A stretch of 64,000 nt of DNA, from IMG/VR virus record IMGVR_UViG_3300042484_003076; one strand, 5' to 3'. Positions 1 through 9,479 of this stretch are shown here, in pieces. A program made the position numbers and the translations under genes. This stretch comes from an uncultured virus (IMG/VR IMGVR_UViG_3300042484_003076). Its lineage: Duplodnaviria > Heunggongvirae > Uroviricota > Caudoviricetes. The notes under the pieces are model-generated. The model did not search any database, was not told the DNA's origin, and was given only the letters and a program-made list of their open reading frames with translations. The stretch's first letter is position 1, and the number at the start of each line of letters is the position of its first letter.

Positions 1-36
1 ATTCCAGACTATTCAAAGCGTAACAGGGGTGCGTTA

Positions 37-993
37 ATGGAAGTTCCAAATGATCCTCTTATTGCGTTTTTTCAGTTACCTCAAGAGGTGCAAAATTGGT
101 ACGAAAAGCTAATGGTAGAGACTGCTTGGGAAAATGGATTTGATTACGATTTTTCTAATATGTGGAATTTGATGAATCGTTCTGAGCAGTGGAAAACTAT
201 TGCGATGTTGATTAAAGAGTCAGCACCCAAAGATCAGCCATGCCCTAGAGTTGTTCTAAACAAACGCGCCGCCCCTCTTAAAACTCCTTCGCTTCAAAAA
301 AAAAGCGTTCAGGACTGCGTACCAATCTCAAGCCAGTTCGTAAATGAATTTGAAGATAGCCCAACAGATAAGGTAAAGCACGTTTTACTAACTTGGCAAA
401 ATGTGCGACTTGTTGGTATGCGCGGATCTGGCAAAACTTCTAAAGCAAGATGGATTTGTCAGCATCGCATTAAAGCAGGGCAAAAAATCTACTGGGTTAA
501 TCCACACCTAAGTTATGAAGATAAAGTCTTGCTTCAGTCTTTAGGTGTGGTAATCGTTGGGGGCGGTCGTGATTATGAGGCGATCGCTAGATTTTGTTCT
601 CATTATTGTGAAGGTGATAACTCAATTCTTAACAAGGAATATGTGAGATACGATTCTGAGCCTAATGCAGTATTTGAAGCTGAGACAATTGTTTTGGATG
701 AACTGACTAATTATAAAGAGCAAGTTGGCGATCCTATTTTGACTTTTGTTAAAGCTTCTATTCAGGAATTTAGCAAAATTAACCGCTCAGTAATTTATAT
801 TACTCATAATACAACCCTGTCCTGTATGGGTGCGCCCGATGGCTTTTCTCAAGCGATTAAAGATAACTTATTTGATTTAAAACTTGAAGCAGATCCTATG
901 AAAGGGAATCGCGTTCCCAATGCGATTGCTAAATACCGAATGCCAAATACTGATAATTGGCTAGATGTAAAAATACCTGTGGAGTGGCAATAA
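37..993 (+). CDS. P-loop ATPase (FtsK/HerA-like superfamily), function unknown
   Basis: Walker A GMRGSGKT and Walker B IVLDE in a 318-aa ORF. Confidence 0.7.
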   Translation: MEVPNDPLIAFFQLPQEVQNWYEKLMVETAWENGFDYDFSNMWNLMNRSEQWKTIAMLIKESAPKDQPCPRVVLNKRAAPLKTPSLQKKSVQDCVPISSQFVNEFEDSPTDKVKHVLLTWQNVRLVGMRGSGKTSKARWICQHRIKAGQKIYWVNPHLSYEDKVLLQSLGVVIVGGGRDYEAIARFCSHYCEGDNSILNKEYVRYDSEPNAVFEAETIVLDELTNYKEQVGDPILTFVKASIQEFSKINRSVIYITHNTTLSCMGAPDGFSQAIKDNLFDLKLEADPMKGNRVPNAIAKYRMPNTDNWLDVKIPVEWQ

Positions 994-1372
994 TGACGCT
1001 AAATCAAAACATCCCATCAAAACTAAAAGAAGAACTTACTGAGCTTTTGATGCAAGTTTGCAACCCTCACAAAGTCGTTATTTCGCCCAAATTTGATGAC
1101 GTTAACTACAGGTATTATTTATTACCTGATGGCACGTACAGACAAGATAAACGGACTTTTGGAAACAATGGAAAACTCAACTAATTTACTCCTAATTCCA
1201 ATCGCTCTAGTCGTCATCGCTTTTGTTTGCCGATGGCATACGGCGTTTATGGAATCGCAGATTGAGAGTCGCGATCGTAGATTGAGAGAAGTTAAGATCG
1301 CGTGGTTGCGTCGCTGTTATGCGGTAAGCATGGTCGAGCGATTGGACAGAACTTGGTACAAACAAACTATGG

Positions 1373-2227
1373 ATGAATTTTATGAGTAAATATCACCAAC
1401 TCAGTACGGATTACGATCAAGCTGACAAGCTTTTGAGTAAAGGGCTGTCATTATCAGCATGGATGGTTTTTAACCAAAATCCTTTAGTATTTAATACCGA
1501 TCACAAGCAATTAAGAGTGTTTTCTTCTTCTGATGAAAAACTATTTATTGATGGCTTGAAACCGCCATCTGATTTCACTTACGAAAAGTATCAAGTTCTA
1601 TTTTTGCTGCCGATCCCCGATCCCACAATCGCGCTACAGCACAGCCTTAAATTGGCATTGAACGAGTGTGATAAGCTGAGGCAAAAAAATGAAACCCTCA
1701 ATTATGATCTTGAGATTTTCAAGAGTGGAAATAGAACGATTATGGCTAGCAATGAAAGGCTAATGGTCATAATTGAGGAGCTGCAAAGCGATCTTGACAC
1801 CGCCAAAAACGATCTGACTGTTGCTGATGCCGCGATTGAAGAATTAAAACCTGTAACCCTTGATCCTTATATTGTTAACCAAAAATTAGAATCACAGCTC
1901 AAAGAACAAGATCGCACTATCTCCAATCTCAAAGACCAGATCGACGGAAGAGATGCGGCCCTTAGAGGTAGTGCCAAAATAATTGCTCAAGAGAATAAAC
2001 GGCTTTTAGCGGTAATTGAAGAGCGCTACAAGAAAATCGACATCCTACAAGATAATCTTGATCGAGCCGACAACGATCGCCTATCAGAGCTAACAAGCAT
2101 TATGCGTATGCTGCAAGCTTGGGAATCAGTACCAATCCAACAAGGTTTAGGCGCTATACACCTAATTAAGCGAGTGATTTACGATGCAATCTGTAAGCTA
2201 GATCCTAGCCAAGCTGTTGACCCTTAA
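1373..2227 (+). CDS. Coiled-coil hypothetical protein
   Basis: 284-aa ORF with a heptad-rich central region. Confidence 0.55.
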   Translation: MNFMSKYHQLSTDYDQADKLLSKGLSLSAWMVFNQNPLVFNTDHKQLRVFSSSDEKLFIDGLKPPSDFTYEKYQVLFLLPIPDPTIALQHSLKLALNECDKLRQKNETLNYDLEIFKSGNRTIMASNERLMVIIEELQSDLDTAKNDLTVADAAIEELKPVTLDPYIVNQKLESQLKEQDRTISNLKDQIDGRDAALRGSAKIIAQENKRLLAVIEERYKKIDILQDNLDRADNDRLSELTSIMRMLQAWESVPIQQGLGAIHLIKRVIYDAICKLDPSQAVDP

Positions 2228-2996
2228 TCACTTTCTCTAAATCCTTTATCTCAACCCGCAACTGAGCAATCGTACCTGTGTACTGTTCAATGATGCGGGT
2301 TTCTGCTAGCTGAATAATTTTTTCGATTCGCTCGTACCCCCCATGCTTAATCTGATTGCTTTCCTCAATCCTGCGATCAATACTATTTAAGGCAATTCTC
2401 AATTCTGATGCATGAATTTCTAATATAGAAGCTGTCTCTGTGGGAATGCTAGCGATCGCTTGTTCCAATGCTTGCACAGCTTCAGTATTGTGCCTAGTGG
2501 CATTAATTAAATCTTCGTGCGCTTTATTTACTGATTCGTTAGCCTTAGCTAATGACTGCAAGCTTTGAGCGTTTGCCGATGAAGTTTGGATTGCATCAGA
2601 CACTAAATGCAATAAGTCTTTTGTGATGGCTGTAGTGGTATCCATTCCCCTTGTAGCAAGTTGGGATACGGTATCGGACAGACCTTGATTAATATCAATC
2701 TCTGCTTCTAGCTCTTGCCCTTTGCGGTTTTCGGATTGCAGTATCCTACTAGTCTGCGATCCTGACCATTGTTTCCCAATCTCTTTCCAATCCACAAAGC
2801 CAGATAGCTTAGTCAAAATTACAGACAAAACAACTAGTCCAGTCCCTACAGCCCCTGTCCCTAAATTTATAGGTATTTCATTACTAGATCCGCTATTTGG
2901 CGTAGACTGCGATTGTGTAGCGGGGGCTACAGCGATATAAGATTTCATTATTGAAACAATAGGGAAAGTATTAGAATGATTATGGCACTTTTTCAA
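2205..2996 (-). CDS. Membrane-anchored coiled-coil protein (possible lysis accessory); start may be further downstream
   Basis: Hydrophobic segment GAVGTGLVVLSVIL followed by a helical coiled-coil region. Confidence 0.5.
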   Translation of the reverse strand: MKKCHNHSNTFPIVSIMKSYIAVAPATQSQSTPNSGSSNEIPINLGTGAVGTGLVVLSVILTKLSGFVDWKEIGKQWSGSQTSRILQSENRKGQELEAEIDINQGLSDTVSQLATRGMDTTTAITKDLLHLVSDAIQTSSANAQSLQSLAKANESVNKAHEDLINATRHNTEAVQALEQAIASIPTETASILEIHASELRIALNSIDRRIEESNQIKHGGYERIEKIIQLAETRIIEQYTGTIAQLRVEIKDLEKVIKGQQLG

Positions 2997-3006
2997 GGAA
3001 AATCAA

Positions 3007-3162
3007 ATGAACTCTACACAATGGCTTACTGTTTTGGGTGTTGTCGCTGGAGCATCCGAGCTAGCGATCTCGAAAAATATCTATCCCGAATATGCGTCAT
3101 GGGCTTTTGGCTTAAGCATTATCGGGATGGGTGCGTTAGGTAAAGGAGTTGAGAAAAAATAG
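3007..3162 (+). CDS. Small holin-like membrane protein (51 aa, not in ORF track)
   Basis: MNSTQWLTVLGVVAGASELAISKNIYPEYASWAFGLSIIGMGALGKGVEKK: two hydrophobic segments, basic C-terminus, AAGGA upstream, terminator directly after. Confidence 0.5.
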   Translation: MNSTQWLTVLGVVAGASELAISKNIYPEYASWAFGLSIIGMGALGKGVEKK

Positions 3163-3166
3163 AAAC

Positions 3167-3198
3167 AAAAAAGCGCTCTGATTTAGAGCGCTTTTTTT
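3167..3198. terminator. Bidirectional intrinsic terminator
   Basis: AAAAAAGCGCTCT-gattt-AGAGCGCTTTTTT between convergent genes. Confidence 0.85.
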
Positions 3199-3523
3199 AT
3201 CTTGCCTTAGTATCCACCCATCCTATTAGTCCCTTATCTGGCAAAACTACTGACACTTGCGATCCTATTGGTAAAGCAGCATTACCAATAAATCGGAAAT
3301 ATCTTAGCGAGCCATCGGGGGCTTTACCCTTAAAACTAGCTGTTGCGATATCGTAGCCTATCACCTCGCAGACTACTACACTATTGTCTTGAGGTTTTTC
3401 TAGCGATAATCGACGGGCTGCATTTGTCTTTAATTGGAGTCTTAATTGGTTCATGATTTTTAAGGGCAAGTAGGGGGCGCGAGTGTGCAGGTTTGATCCA
3501 CAGTAGTGGTTCGCTGGCTCCAT
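3197..3523 (-). CDS. Hypothetical protein at end of tail operon (start likely near 3454)
   Basis: Last ORF of the minus-strand tail block. Confidence 0.5.
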   Translation of the reverse strand: MEPANHYCGSNLHTRAPYLPLKIMNQLRLQLKTNAARRLSLEKPQDNSVVVCEVIGYDIATASFKGKAPDGSLRYFRFIGNAALPIGSQVSVVLPDKGLIGWVDTKAR

Positions 3524-4437
3524 CTAGTTCTAGTTGGAGTAAAACTGTTGTCTCCTAAATAATACAATCCACTTACATTAAGTTTTACCGCGCTTGAAAA
3601 CCCAGTAAAAGATGTGCCATCGGCATAAGTTTCTATGCCAAAACTATCACCTATTGGTATAAGGACATTAGTGTAAGTGAAGCTGGTTACTTCAATACCA
3701 GTCGGTGATTCTGGGGCTGTAGTAAATGTTTTTACGGTTACAGTGCAGGTTTGAGTATAGACTAACGCCGACTCACAATCCGCCTTACTGCTATAAATGC
3801 CAAGCGGGTTAATTTGGCAGACTCCACCAGAGCATGAATATCTTCTCAAAAATTCGCAATTAAGATCGCTTGGAACAGACGTTCCAGCTAGGCAATATAA
3901 ATTTAATGTACCGCTTTCAAGTGTGACACTGCCGTAACTTTGCCATCCTAAAGGCGGCGAAGGATCTGGACTCCAAACGCATTGTGGCGGCGGCTGTTCA
4001 CAGCCAGAAGGGGCGGGGCTTTTAGTTGGTAATTTCCCACCCCCCCCGCCGTTTCCAATCCCACCTCCACCACCAGTAGGGATTGTAGGAACACCAGAAC
4101 CGCTAAATTGATTACCGTTAATATCTAGATCTTCTTCTTTTGCGTTGCGGTACGCACTGCCAAGCAATTCACCGCCGTTAGTATTGTCCACTCGTCGCAA
4201 AACATTGCCTTGCGCTAGTGGCAACATCACATCACCAATCTCCACGGCTTGATTGTTAAGTACAACGCCATTCTCAATAATTTCGTCGCCTAATTGTTGG
4301 ATTTTGCGATCGCCTTGATAAGTGGTATGGCGCAAAATCTTAGGATTATCGCGCCGATTTTCCCGCGCTTTTTCTTCAGCCAATCTTTTATTTTGATTGA
4401 CTGAAAGCAACTCTTTTAGGCGATCGTTGATGGGCAT
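3460..4437 (-). CDS. Putative tail-associated protein with Gly/Pro linker and Cys-rich domain
   Basis: Position in tail block; GGGG/PPP linker and multiple Cys. Confidence 0.5.
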   Translation of the reverse strand: MPINDRLKELLSVNQNKRLAEEKARENRRDNPKILRHTTYQGDRKIQQLGDEIIENGVVLNNQAVEIGDVMLPLAQGNVLRRVDNTNGGELLGSAYRNAKEEDLDINGNQFSGSGVPTIPTGGGGGIGNGGGGGKLPTKSPAPSGCEQPPPQCVWSPDPSPPLGWQSYGSVTLESGTLNLYCLAGTSVPSDLNCEFLRRYSCSGGVCQINPLGIYSSKADCESALVYTQTCTVTVKTFTTAPESPTGIEVTSFTYTNVLIPIGDSFGIETYADGTSFTGFSSAVKLNVSGLYYLGDNSFTPTRTRWSQRTTTVDQTCTLAPPTCP

Positions 4438-4439
4438 AA

Positions 4440-4844
4440 TTAATCAAGGATAAATTCTAAATCACCAATAGCGATCGAATAACTTGTACCCGAAATAAAG
4501 CTATAAGGCGCAACAGCACGAGCAATAAAATTACCACCGCTTGACGCATCCCATAGACCAATATGGGTTGAAGAGATTGTACTAGCAGCCGAGCCAATTG
4601 TTAAACCGCCACTATTTTCAATTAGCCTAGCATCACCACTAGCAGAAATAGCTGTCCACCCTGAAGCTGCGATCGCTAAACGTCCAGCGGCTCTAACTGA
4701 GGTAGTAATATCAGTTCCCCCAGTTCCAGCCCGTCCAGGATCGCTAGAATACCAAGCGATATAGAAATTTGAAGGAGCCGTAGGAAAAGTTGTCCCTTTA
4801 ATCCAAGATAGGATCGCATTACGCACATAAGTAGAAAAGTCCAT
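4440..4844 (-). CDS. Phage tail/fibre-associated structural protein
   Basis: Motifs YIAWYSSDPG and THIGLWDASSGGNFI are typical of phage tail-fibre-adjacent proteins. Confidence 0.7.
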   Translation of the reverse strand: MDFSTYVRNAILSWIKGTTFPTAPSNFYIAWYSSDPGRAGTGGTDITTSVRAAGRLAIAASGWTAISASGDARLIENSGGLTIGSAASTISSTHIGLWDASSGGNFIARAVAPYSFISGTSYSIAIGDLEFILD

Positions 4845-4847
4845 AGT

Positions 4848-6890
4848 TTAGGTGTAGGTAACGTTTACTGTCGCTGTTTGTCGGAATCGTGCCTGTATTC
4901 TAATGCCCTCACTAATAAAGACATTTACGCGCCCTGACTGTCTTATTTTGCCACCAATAAAGGGATCTTGAGTAATCCTTACGGCGACCCTACCAGCTTG
5001 TCTAATAGCCAACTGGATTAGAGCGCTAGCAACTACCACAGGATAAACCGTTTCGGGCGGATCGGATTCAAGAGCAGTGCTAATTACGATTAACCTCATA
5101 CCGATCGCGCATTGGGTTTGGTCGTGTGACCATGACGCGCCATCAGAAAGGCATCGATACCGCACTCCTCTCCACAATATGTCTATTCTAGATAATGGGG
5201 TAAGTGAGGCTATCAGAGTATTACTAATAGCAGTTCCAAATACAAAGCCCTGTTTCCTGCCATAGAGTAAAGCCAGATAAGTATTACCGTATTCAGTTGC
5301 CTGTAATTGGCTCTCTAAATAAGGCACGTCAACAGGTTTAGAGCGTGAGTAAAAGCTCTGACCTGCAAACGGACGGGCTGTTAAAGTTGCTTTAATTTGT
5401 GTCTCTATCGACTCAAATGGTTTACGGTATATTGTCGCAGGTGCTTTAGTCGAGCCATCGGTACTGTAAGTACTTTCGCCACCACTACTAGCCCATTCCC
5501 CCTCGGTAAAATCAAATCTAGTTTGTCGAGTAGATAAAGAGCCAAAATTTAAAACGATACTATTTTGTTGAAAGAAATTTTCAACGTTATAGAAACCATT
5601 ATTCCAAGATTCAACTTTTGCTAATTTTGTATATACAAAATTTTGGTTTCCAGAAACAATATAATTTCGAGTTTCAGTTCTTTTGCTGACTAAAATATCA
5701 GTAAGATCGTCATACGAATAAGTAGTTATAATGTCTTGCGCGTCTTGCCTTGTAGCTGTAAATTCAGGATTCGGATTTACACTAAAATTAACGCCAAAAG
5801 CGCCACTGGTAATCGTAAAAAGTTGACTACTTGTTAGAAATGCGTCTGTTTCTTCTTTCTGGTAAATTAATCGGTTTTTGCTGTCATAGCGCTTAATCGT
5901 AGTAGTCTCAATTGATGGCAACAAAAAAGCCGATTGATTATTCTTTAATAAGCTGAGGTGGTTTTTATATAAAGTCGTTGCTTCAACAAAAGATACAATT
6001 CTTTCTTGAGAGCCATCCCATCCGTAATCAGTGATCGTAGTTCTCTTTGAAATAAAGCGATAATCTACTAAACCTAATGCACCCTCAAGATTTAAAACAT
6101 TACCATAGCTAATTGCTACATTGGTTTTAGGGTAAGAGCTTGTATCAATTGTTGTGGAAATTCCAGCGATTACTAATTGATCTACAGGTGTTTCTACTCC
6201 AGAGCTATCTACTTGATCGAATAGCTGCTCATCTTCGCTGATTCGATAAGTTGCGATCGCACTTGCGGTCAAGTTAATCGCCTTGTTGACAATCGTTCCA
6301 CTGGCATTGGTATGCAAAATATGATTAGCCGATCGCGCCATTTGCGCCGCTACACTGACAAGGCTATTGCCTTCAGTTTTTGGCTGTGGAAACGAGAAAG
6401 GATAAGGAATAGAGCTAATACTGTAAGTCGCACCGCTAGCTGCTAAATATCGCTCTATCACAGTATTTCTCGCTGTGCTTACCCCTGCTACTACAGCACT
6501 TGGATCGGTGTCTGCTGTACGGTAATTTAGCAGCGCACCTTGATCGCCTACTTGTATTCTGATTCTAAAATTTGAGTCGGGCGGCGCGGGTTCTTTCAGA
6601 ATATATAGCGCACCTCCTGATAATGGATGGTTTACCAGTGTTCCCGAATCATTGGCAATCTGGTAAATTACAGAAGCACCCCTAGCCCAATTAGCTCCAA
6701 TAGAGGGTGATGCAAGATAAGTAAATTGTGTGACTTCGTTATAATTGGCTTGCAGTTCAATCTCACCCGTAACAAATACGCCCTCAGCGCCTAATTCGTT
6801 TTGTGAGAGGTTAATATTAATTACGTTGGCTGTACGGGCTATCCCGTTAATCGTTAAGCTGAATTTGCGAGAACTTAGGTTAAGCGCCAT
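4848..6890 (-). CDS. Phage tail tip/baseplate hub-like protein
   Basis: 680 aa, beta-rich, tightly coupled in tail operon. Confidence 0.55.
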   Translation of the reverse strand: MALNLSSRKFSLTINGIARTANVININLSQNELGAEGVFVTGEIELQANYNEVTQFTYLASPSIGANWARGASVIYQIANDSGTLVNHPLSGGALYILKEPAPPDSNFRIRIQVGDQGALLNYRTADTDPSAVVAGVSTARNTVIERYLAASGATYSISSIPYPFSFPQPKTEGNSLVSVAAQMARSANHILHTNASGTIVNKAINLTASAIATYRISEDEQLFDQVDSSGVETPVDQLVIAGISTTIDTSSYPKTNVAISYGNVLNLEGALGLVDYRFISKRTTITDYGWDGSQERIVSFVEATTLYKNHLSLLKNNQSAFLLPSIETTTIKRYDSKNRLIYQKEETDAFLTSSQLFTITSGAFGVNFSVNPNPEFTATRQDAQDIITTYSYDDLTDILVSKRTETRNYIVSGNQNFVYTKLAKVESWNNGFYNVENFFQQNSIVLNFGSLSTRQTRFDFTEGEWASSGGESTYSTDGSTKAPATIYRKPFESIETQIKATLTARPFAGQSFYSRSKPVDVPYLESQLQATEYGNTYLALLYGRKQGFVFGTAISNTLIASLTPLSRIDILWRGVRYRCLSDGASWSHDQTQCAIGMRLIVISTALESDPPETVYPVVVASALIQLAIRQAGRVAVRITQDPFIGGKIRQSGRVNVFISEGIRIQARFRQTATVNVTYT

Positions 6891-7624
6891 TAAATCTTCA
6901 CCCCTGTCTCTTGCAACTCAAACACTGCCATCACATTACCAACCCCCGTGTCAGGGCTAAACGTTGGCTCAATAGGCATTTTTACCTGTAACTTAGGGTA
7001 ATAATTTACCCCGCCGTTTCGCTGGAAGGGAATGCCAACAGATGAACGGGTTTTAGTTGATGATGTTTTCCCCTCTTCAAAATACAGTGTGATTTCGTCG
7101 GTCAACTCTAAGTATGGCGAACCTGTTAGGGTCTGAGCTTCGCGCCGTATATTATTAGCTGTAGACCACATTGCACTTAACTTTAGTGAATCAGCGATAC
7201 TAACTTTTGCTTGAATATTGTATTGTTGCGGATCTTCAAAACTAATGCCCGTATCGATGAAATTTCCGTTTACGCTAAAAGTCCCATTTCCTGATAACCG
7301 AGAACTTTGGCGGGGCGGGGGAGAATCAGAACTAAAATTCCTGAATACAACACTCAGATAAACGCGGATCGAGTGCGTACCACTTCCACCGCTAAGACTT
7401 ATAGCTGATCCCCCCTGCGTAGCTGACACGGTAATAGTCGAGCCTACACTCACGACGTAATAGCTAGTATTTAATGCTAATCCCGTTGGCAATGTGCCTG
7501 TAGTAGTAAAGCGCACAACGTCATCAACCGCAAATACTTGCGTGAATGGTGTTATGGCGCTACCACTAAAAGTAAAGGTATAGGAGCGTCCAAAATATAC
7601 GAGTGTGAGATCTCCGATCGCCAT
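6890..7624 (-). CDS. Putative distal tail protein with an inserted beta-domain
   Basis: First gene of tail-tip block; LPTGLALNTSYYVV motif common in virion proteins. Confidence 0.5.
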   Translation of the reverse strand: MAIGDLTLVYFGRSYTFTFSGSAITPFTQVFAVDDVVRFTTTGTLPTGLALNTSYYVVSVGSTITVSATQGGSAISLSGGSGTHSIRVYLSVVFRNFSSDSPPPRQSSRLSGNGTFSVNGNFIDTGISFEDPQQYNIQAKVSIADSLKLSAMWSTANNIRREAQTLTGSPYLELTDEITLYFEEGKTSSTKTRSSVGIPFQRNGGVNYYPKLQVKMPIEPTFSPDTGVGNVMAVFELQETGVKI

Positions 7625-7827
7625 TGTGAGTCAGGGGATTATTGTGCTAATTATCGCACATCAATCTATGGTACATTTTGATTGCGTTAAATTTCGACTG
7701 ACCTAGATTCTAAGGAGAACCGAAAAGCCGAGATTTTTTGATTTGTGGATTTGTAATGATTTTTGAGAGTTTGAAGGCGATCGCGAGATCGTCTTTTTTG
7801 TTGGGCAAAATTATTTTTAAAATATAG

Positions 7828-7856
7828 TTGACATTACTAACGTAATCAACTATATT
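7828..7856 (+). promoter_or_regulatory. Sigma70-type promoter with palindromic operator
   Basis: TTGACA-17 nt-TATATT; ATTACTAACGTAAT palindrome overlapping the spacer. Confidence 0.8.
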
Positions 7857-7888
7857 TAAATTCATGGAGCGAGAGAGAATCTACTCCT

Positions 7889-8038
7889 ATAGAGGACAAC
7901 TATTTAAACCTGCTTTTCCTGAGCGTAATAACAAGGACGATAGAGGACAACTATTTAAACCTGCTTTTCCTGAGCGTAACAATAAGGACGATAGAGGACA
8001 ACTATTTAAACCTGCTTTTCCTGAGCGTAATAACAAGG
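7889..8038 (+). repeat. About 2.9 tandem copies of a 51-bp unit
   Basis: ATAGAGGACAACTATTTAAACCTGCTTTTCCTGAGCGTAATAACAAGGACG starting at 7889, 7940 and 7991. Confidence 0.97.
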
Positions 8039-8040
8039 GA

Positions 8041-8080
8041 CAAAAAAAGCAGCCGATCAATTGATCGGCTGCTTTTTTTG
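8041..8080. terminator. Intrinsic terminator (perfect 40-bp palindrome)
   Basis: CAAAAAAAGCAGCCGATCAA/TTGATCGGCTGCTTTTTTTG. Confidence 0.85.
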
Positions 8081-8106
8081 TGTGTAAATTATTTTTGGTT
8101 TTTGGG

Positions 8107-8140
8107 TTGACATTGGTTGATTACTAAAGTAATGTATATA
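8107..8140 (+). promoter_or_regulatory. Sigma70-type promoter sharing the operator seen at 7831-7850
   Basis: TTGACA at 8107; 8116-8135 is the reverse complement of 7831-7850 at 17/20 positions. Confidence 0.7.
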
Positions 8141-8173
8141 CATACCAAACAAATAACACAAAGGAAAACGACA

Positions 8174-8380
8174 ATGAAAACTTTGCTAGCACAACAATTA
8201 GCTGACGCATTCCAAGTAACAGGTTGTAATTTAACAGTTTTGACTTCTTTGGATAGAAGTCAAGCCAGTCAAATCTGGAAGCAAATCAACCTAGTTTTAG
8301 GTGACAGCTTGTATCATGTTGATGCTTATGGGTTCTCAGTCATAAAATCAGGCAAACTAACATTCTTTGGTTTTGAATAA
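8174..8380 (+). CDS. Small hypothetical protein (cassette gene)
   Basis: AAGGA RBS before ATG 8174; coupled to the next ORF. Confidence 0.6.
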   Translation: MKTLLAQQLADAFQVTGCNLTVLTSLDRSQASQIWKQINLVLGDSLYHVDAYGFSVIKSGKLTFFGFE

Positions 8381-8787
8381 TGGATATAAACATCTCGTGC
8401 TCGGCTAACGAGCATATCCGTATTTTTATTAATGGCAATCTTGCAGGAGAGGTTGCTATTAATGAATTAGAATCTCACTCTAATTTGTTGCAGGAAGTTG
8501 AGCAAGCCAGATCGTTAAAAGCATTACCCAAAATAGTGCAAAGCGTAGTTAATCAGGTGTTTGAGCTAAAGAACTTTGAGGATCACGTAAATACTACGGA
8601 GGCTAAGAAGCAGTCAGCTTATACGCAAGGCGTAATTGACGGCTTGAATAAAATCAAAATCCCGTTCCCAACTACGTCTAGCGCTCCTGATATCTTGCCT
8701 AGATACGATCCTTCATACGAGAGGGGATATCAAAACGGCGAATTCCTTATAAACCTTTTAAACAGCTTGGACAATGCCCAAACCTAA
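8380..8787 (+). CDS. Hypothetical protein (cassette gene)
   Basis: 135-aa ORF, TAATG overlap with upstream gene. Confidence 0.6.
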   Translation: MDINISCSANEHIRIFINGNLAGEVAINELESHSNLLQEVEQARSLKALPKIVQSVVNQVFELKNFEDHVNTTEAKKQSAYTQGVIDGLNKIKIPFPTTSSAPDILPRYDPSYERGYQNGEFLINLLNSLDNAQT

Positions 8788-8995
8788 CCCCGCAAACCCA
8801 TACCATTGCGATCGCCCTATGCGGCGCAATGGTGTACAAGCCAAATCAGGCGCAATCCAATATCGCTGCAAATGTGGCTTTACCTGTACCGATGGCGATC
8901 GCCCCGCACACCGCCCCTTATTAGGTGATGCGCCTTTGACGCAAGTTGAAAGGAATCGTAGGTATAGAGCTAAGAAGAAAGCTAATTTAAATTAG
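8774..8995 (+). CDS. Small Zn-ribbon DNA-binding protein, family A
   Basis: HC..M.RNG...SGA.QYRCKC plus basic tail GDAPLTQVERNRRYR; paralog of 24660..24929. Confidence 0.65.
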   Translation: MPKPNPANPYHCDRPMRRNGVQAKSGAIQYRCKCGFTCTDGDRPAHRPLLGDAPLTQVERNRRYRAKKKANLN

Positions 8996-9008
8996 TTGCA
9001 AATAGTAG

Positions 9009-9044
9009 TTGACAAATACAGGATATCGATCAATAATAGGTTAT
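9009..9044 (+). promoter_or_regulatory. Promoter of the family also found at 32508 and 60380
   Basis: TTGACAAA...TCGATCAATAATAGGTTAT shared motif. Confidence 0.7.
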
Positions 9045-9070
9045 ACCAAAAAAACACAGAAGGCAAAGCA

Positions 9071-9475
9071 ATGACCGCAACAATCAAAACTATCAAAGGC
9101 GAATTGGTAATCAAGACCGAAGGGCTTGACGTAATGACTATCATCTCTAAGAAATCAGATTTACAGAAAGCGATCGCTAAATCTAAAGCACATCAATGGC
9201 TTATTGACTATTCTGCAAGCAAAGCTAAAAACAAAATTGTTGCATCCAATCAAATCCCATCTACCGCTACTCAAAGCTTTGTTCTTAAAGCTTTCTACTC
9301 ATCTGTCAAACTCGCAGTAGAACAAATGATTGAGTTTGAAGGGTTGAAAATTGATGAAGCGATCACACTTGGGAACAGCTTGATTAAAGGTAACAAGATT
9401 GTTTCTGATTCTCAATTGGTAATGAGTTCAATCAAAGATGCTTTGCGTTATGGTTCGCTAGCTGGAGTTATTTAA
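9071..9475 (+). CDS. Hypothetical protein (cassette gene)
   Basis: ATG at 9071 downstream of the promoter; the ORF-track extension upstream overlaps the promoter. Confidence 0.6.
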   Translation: MTATIKTIKGELVIKTEGLDVMTIISKKSDLQKAIAKSKAHQWLIDYSASKAKNKIVASNQIPSTATQSFVLKAFYSSVKLAVEQMIEFEGLKIDEAITLGNSLIKGNKIVSDSQLVMSSIKDALRYGSLAGVI

Positions 9476-9479
9476 AAAG

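Larger units (their letters stand above)
7864..8080 (+). ncRNA. Putative tandem-pseudoknot small RNA (type III antitoxin-like); alternatively a leaderless 66-aa repeat peptide
   Basis: Own promoter and terminator; each unit can fold UGCUU/GAGCG plus UCCU/AGGA with an A-rich loop 3. Confidence 0.55.

Noticed and set aside
7889..8038. CRISPR array for the type IV system
   Set aside because: Units are essentially identical head-to-tail with no unique spacers.
8174..8787. ToxN/CptN/TenpN toxin downstream of the repeat RNA
   Set aside because: The ORFs are short, show no motif I recognise and have their own promoter; an HMM or structure search is needed to exclude this fully.
8774..8995. IS1 InsA transposase fragment (also 24660-24929)
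   Set aside because: Only the Zn-ribbon resembles InsA; no InsB, terminal repeats or target duplication seen.
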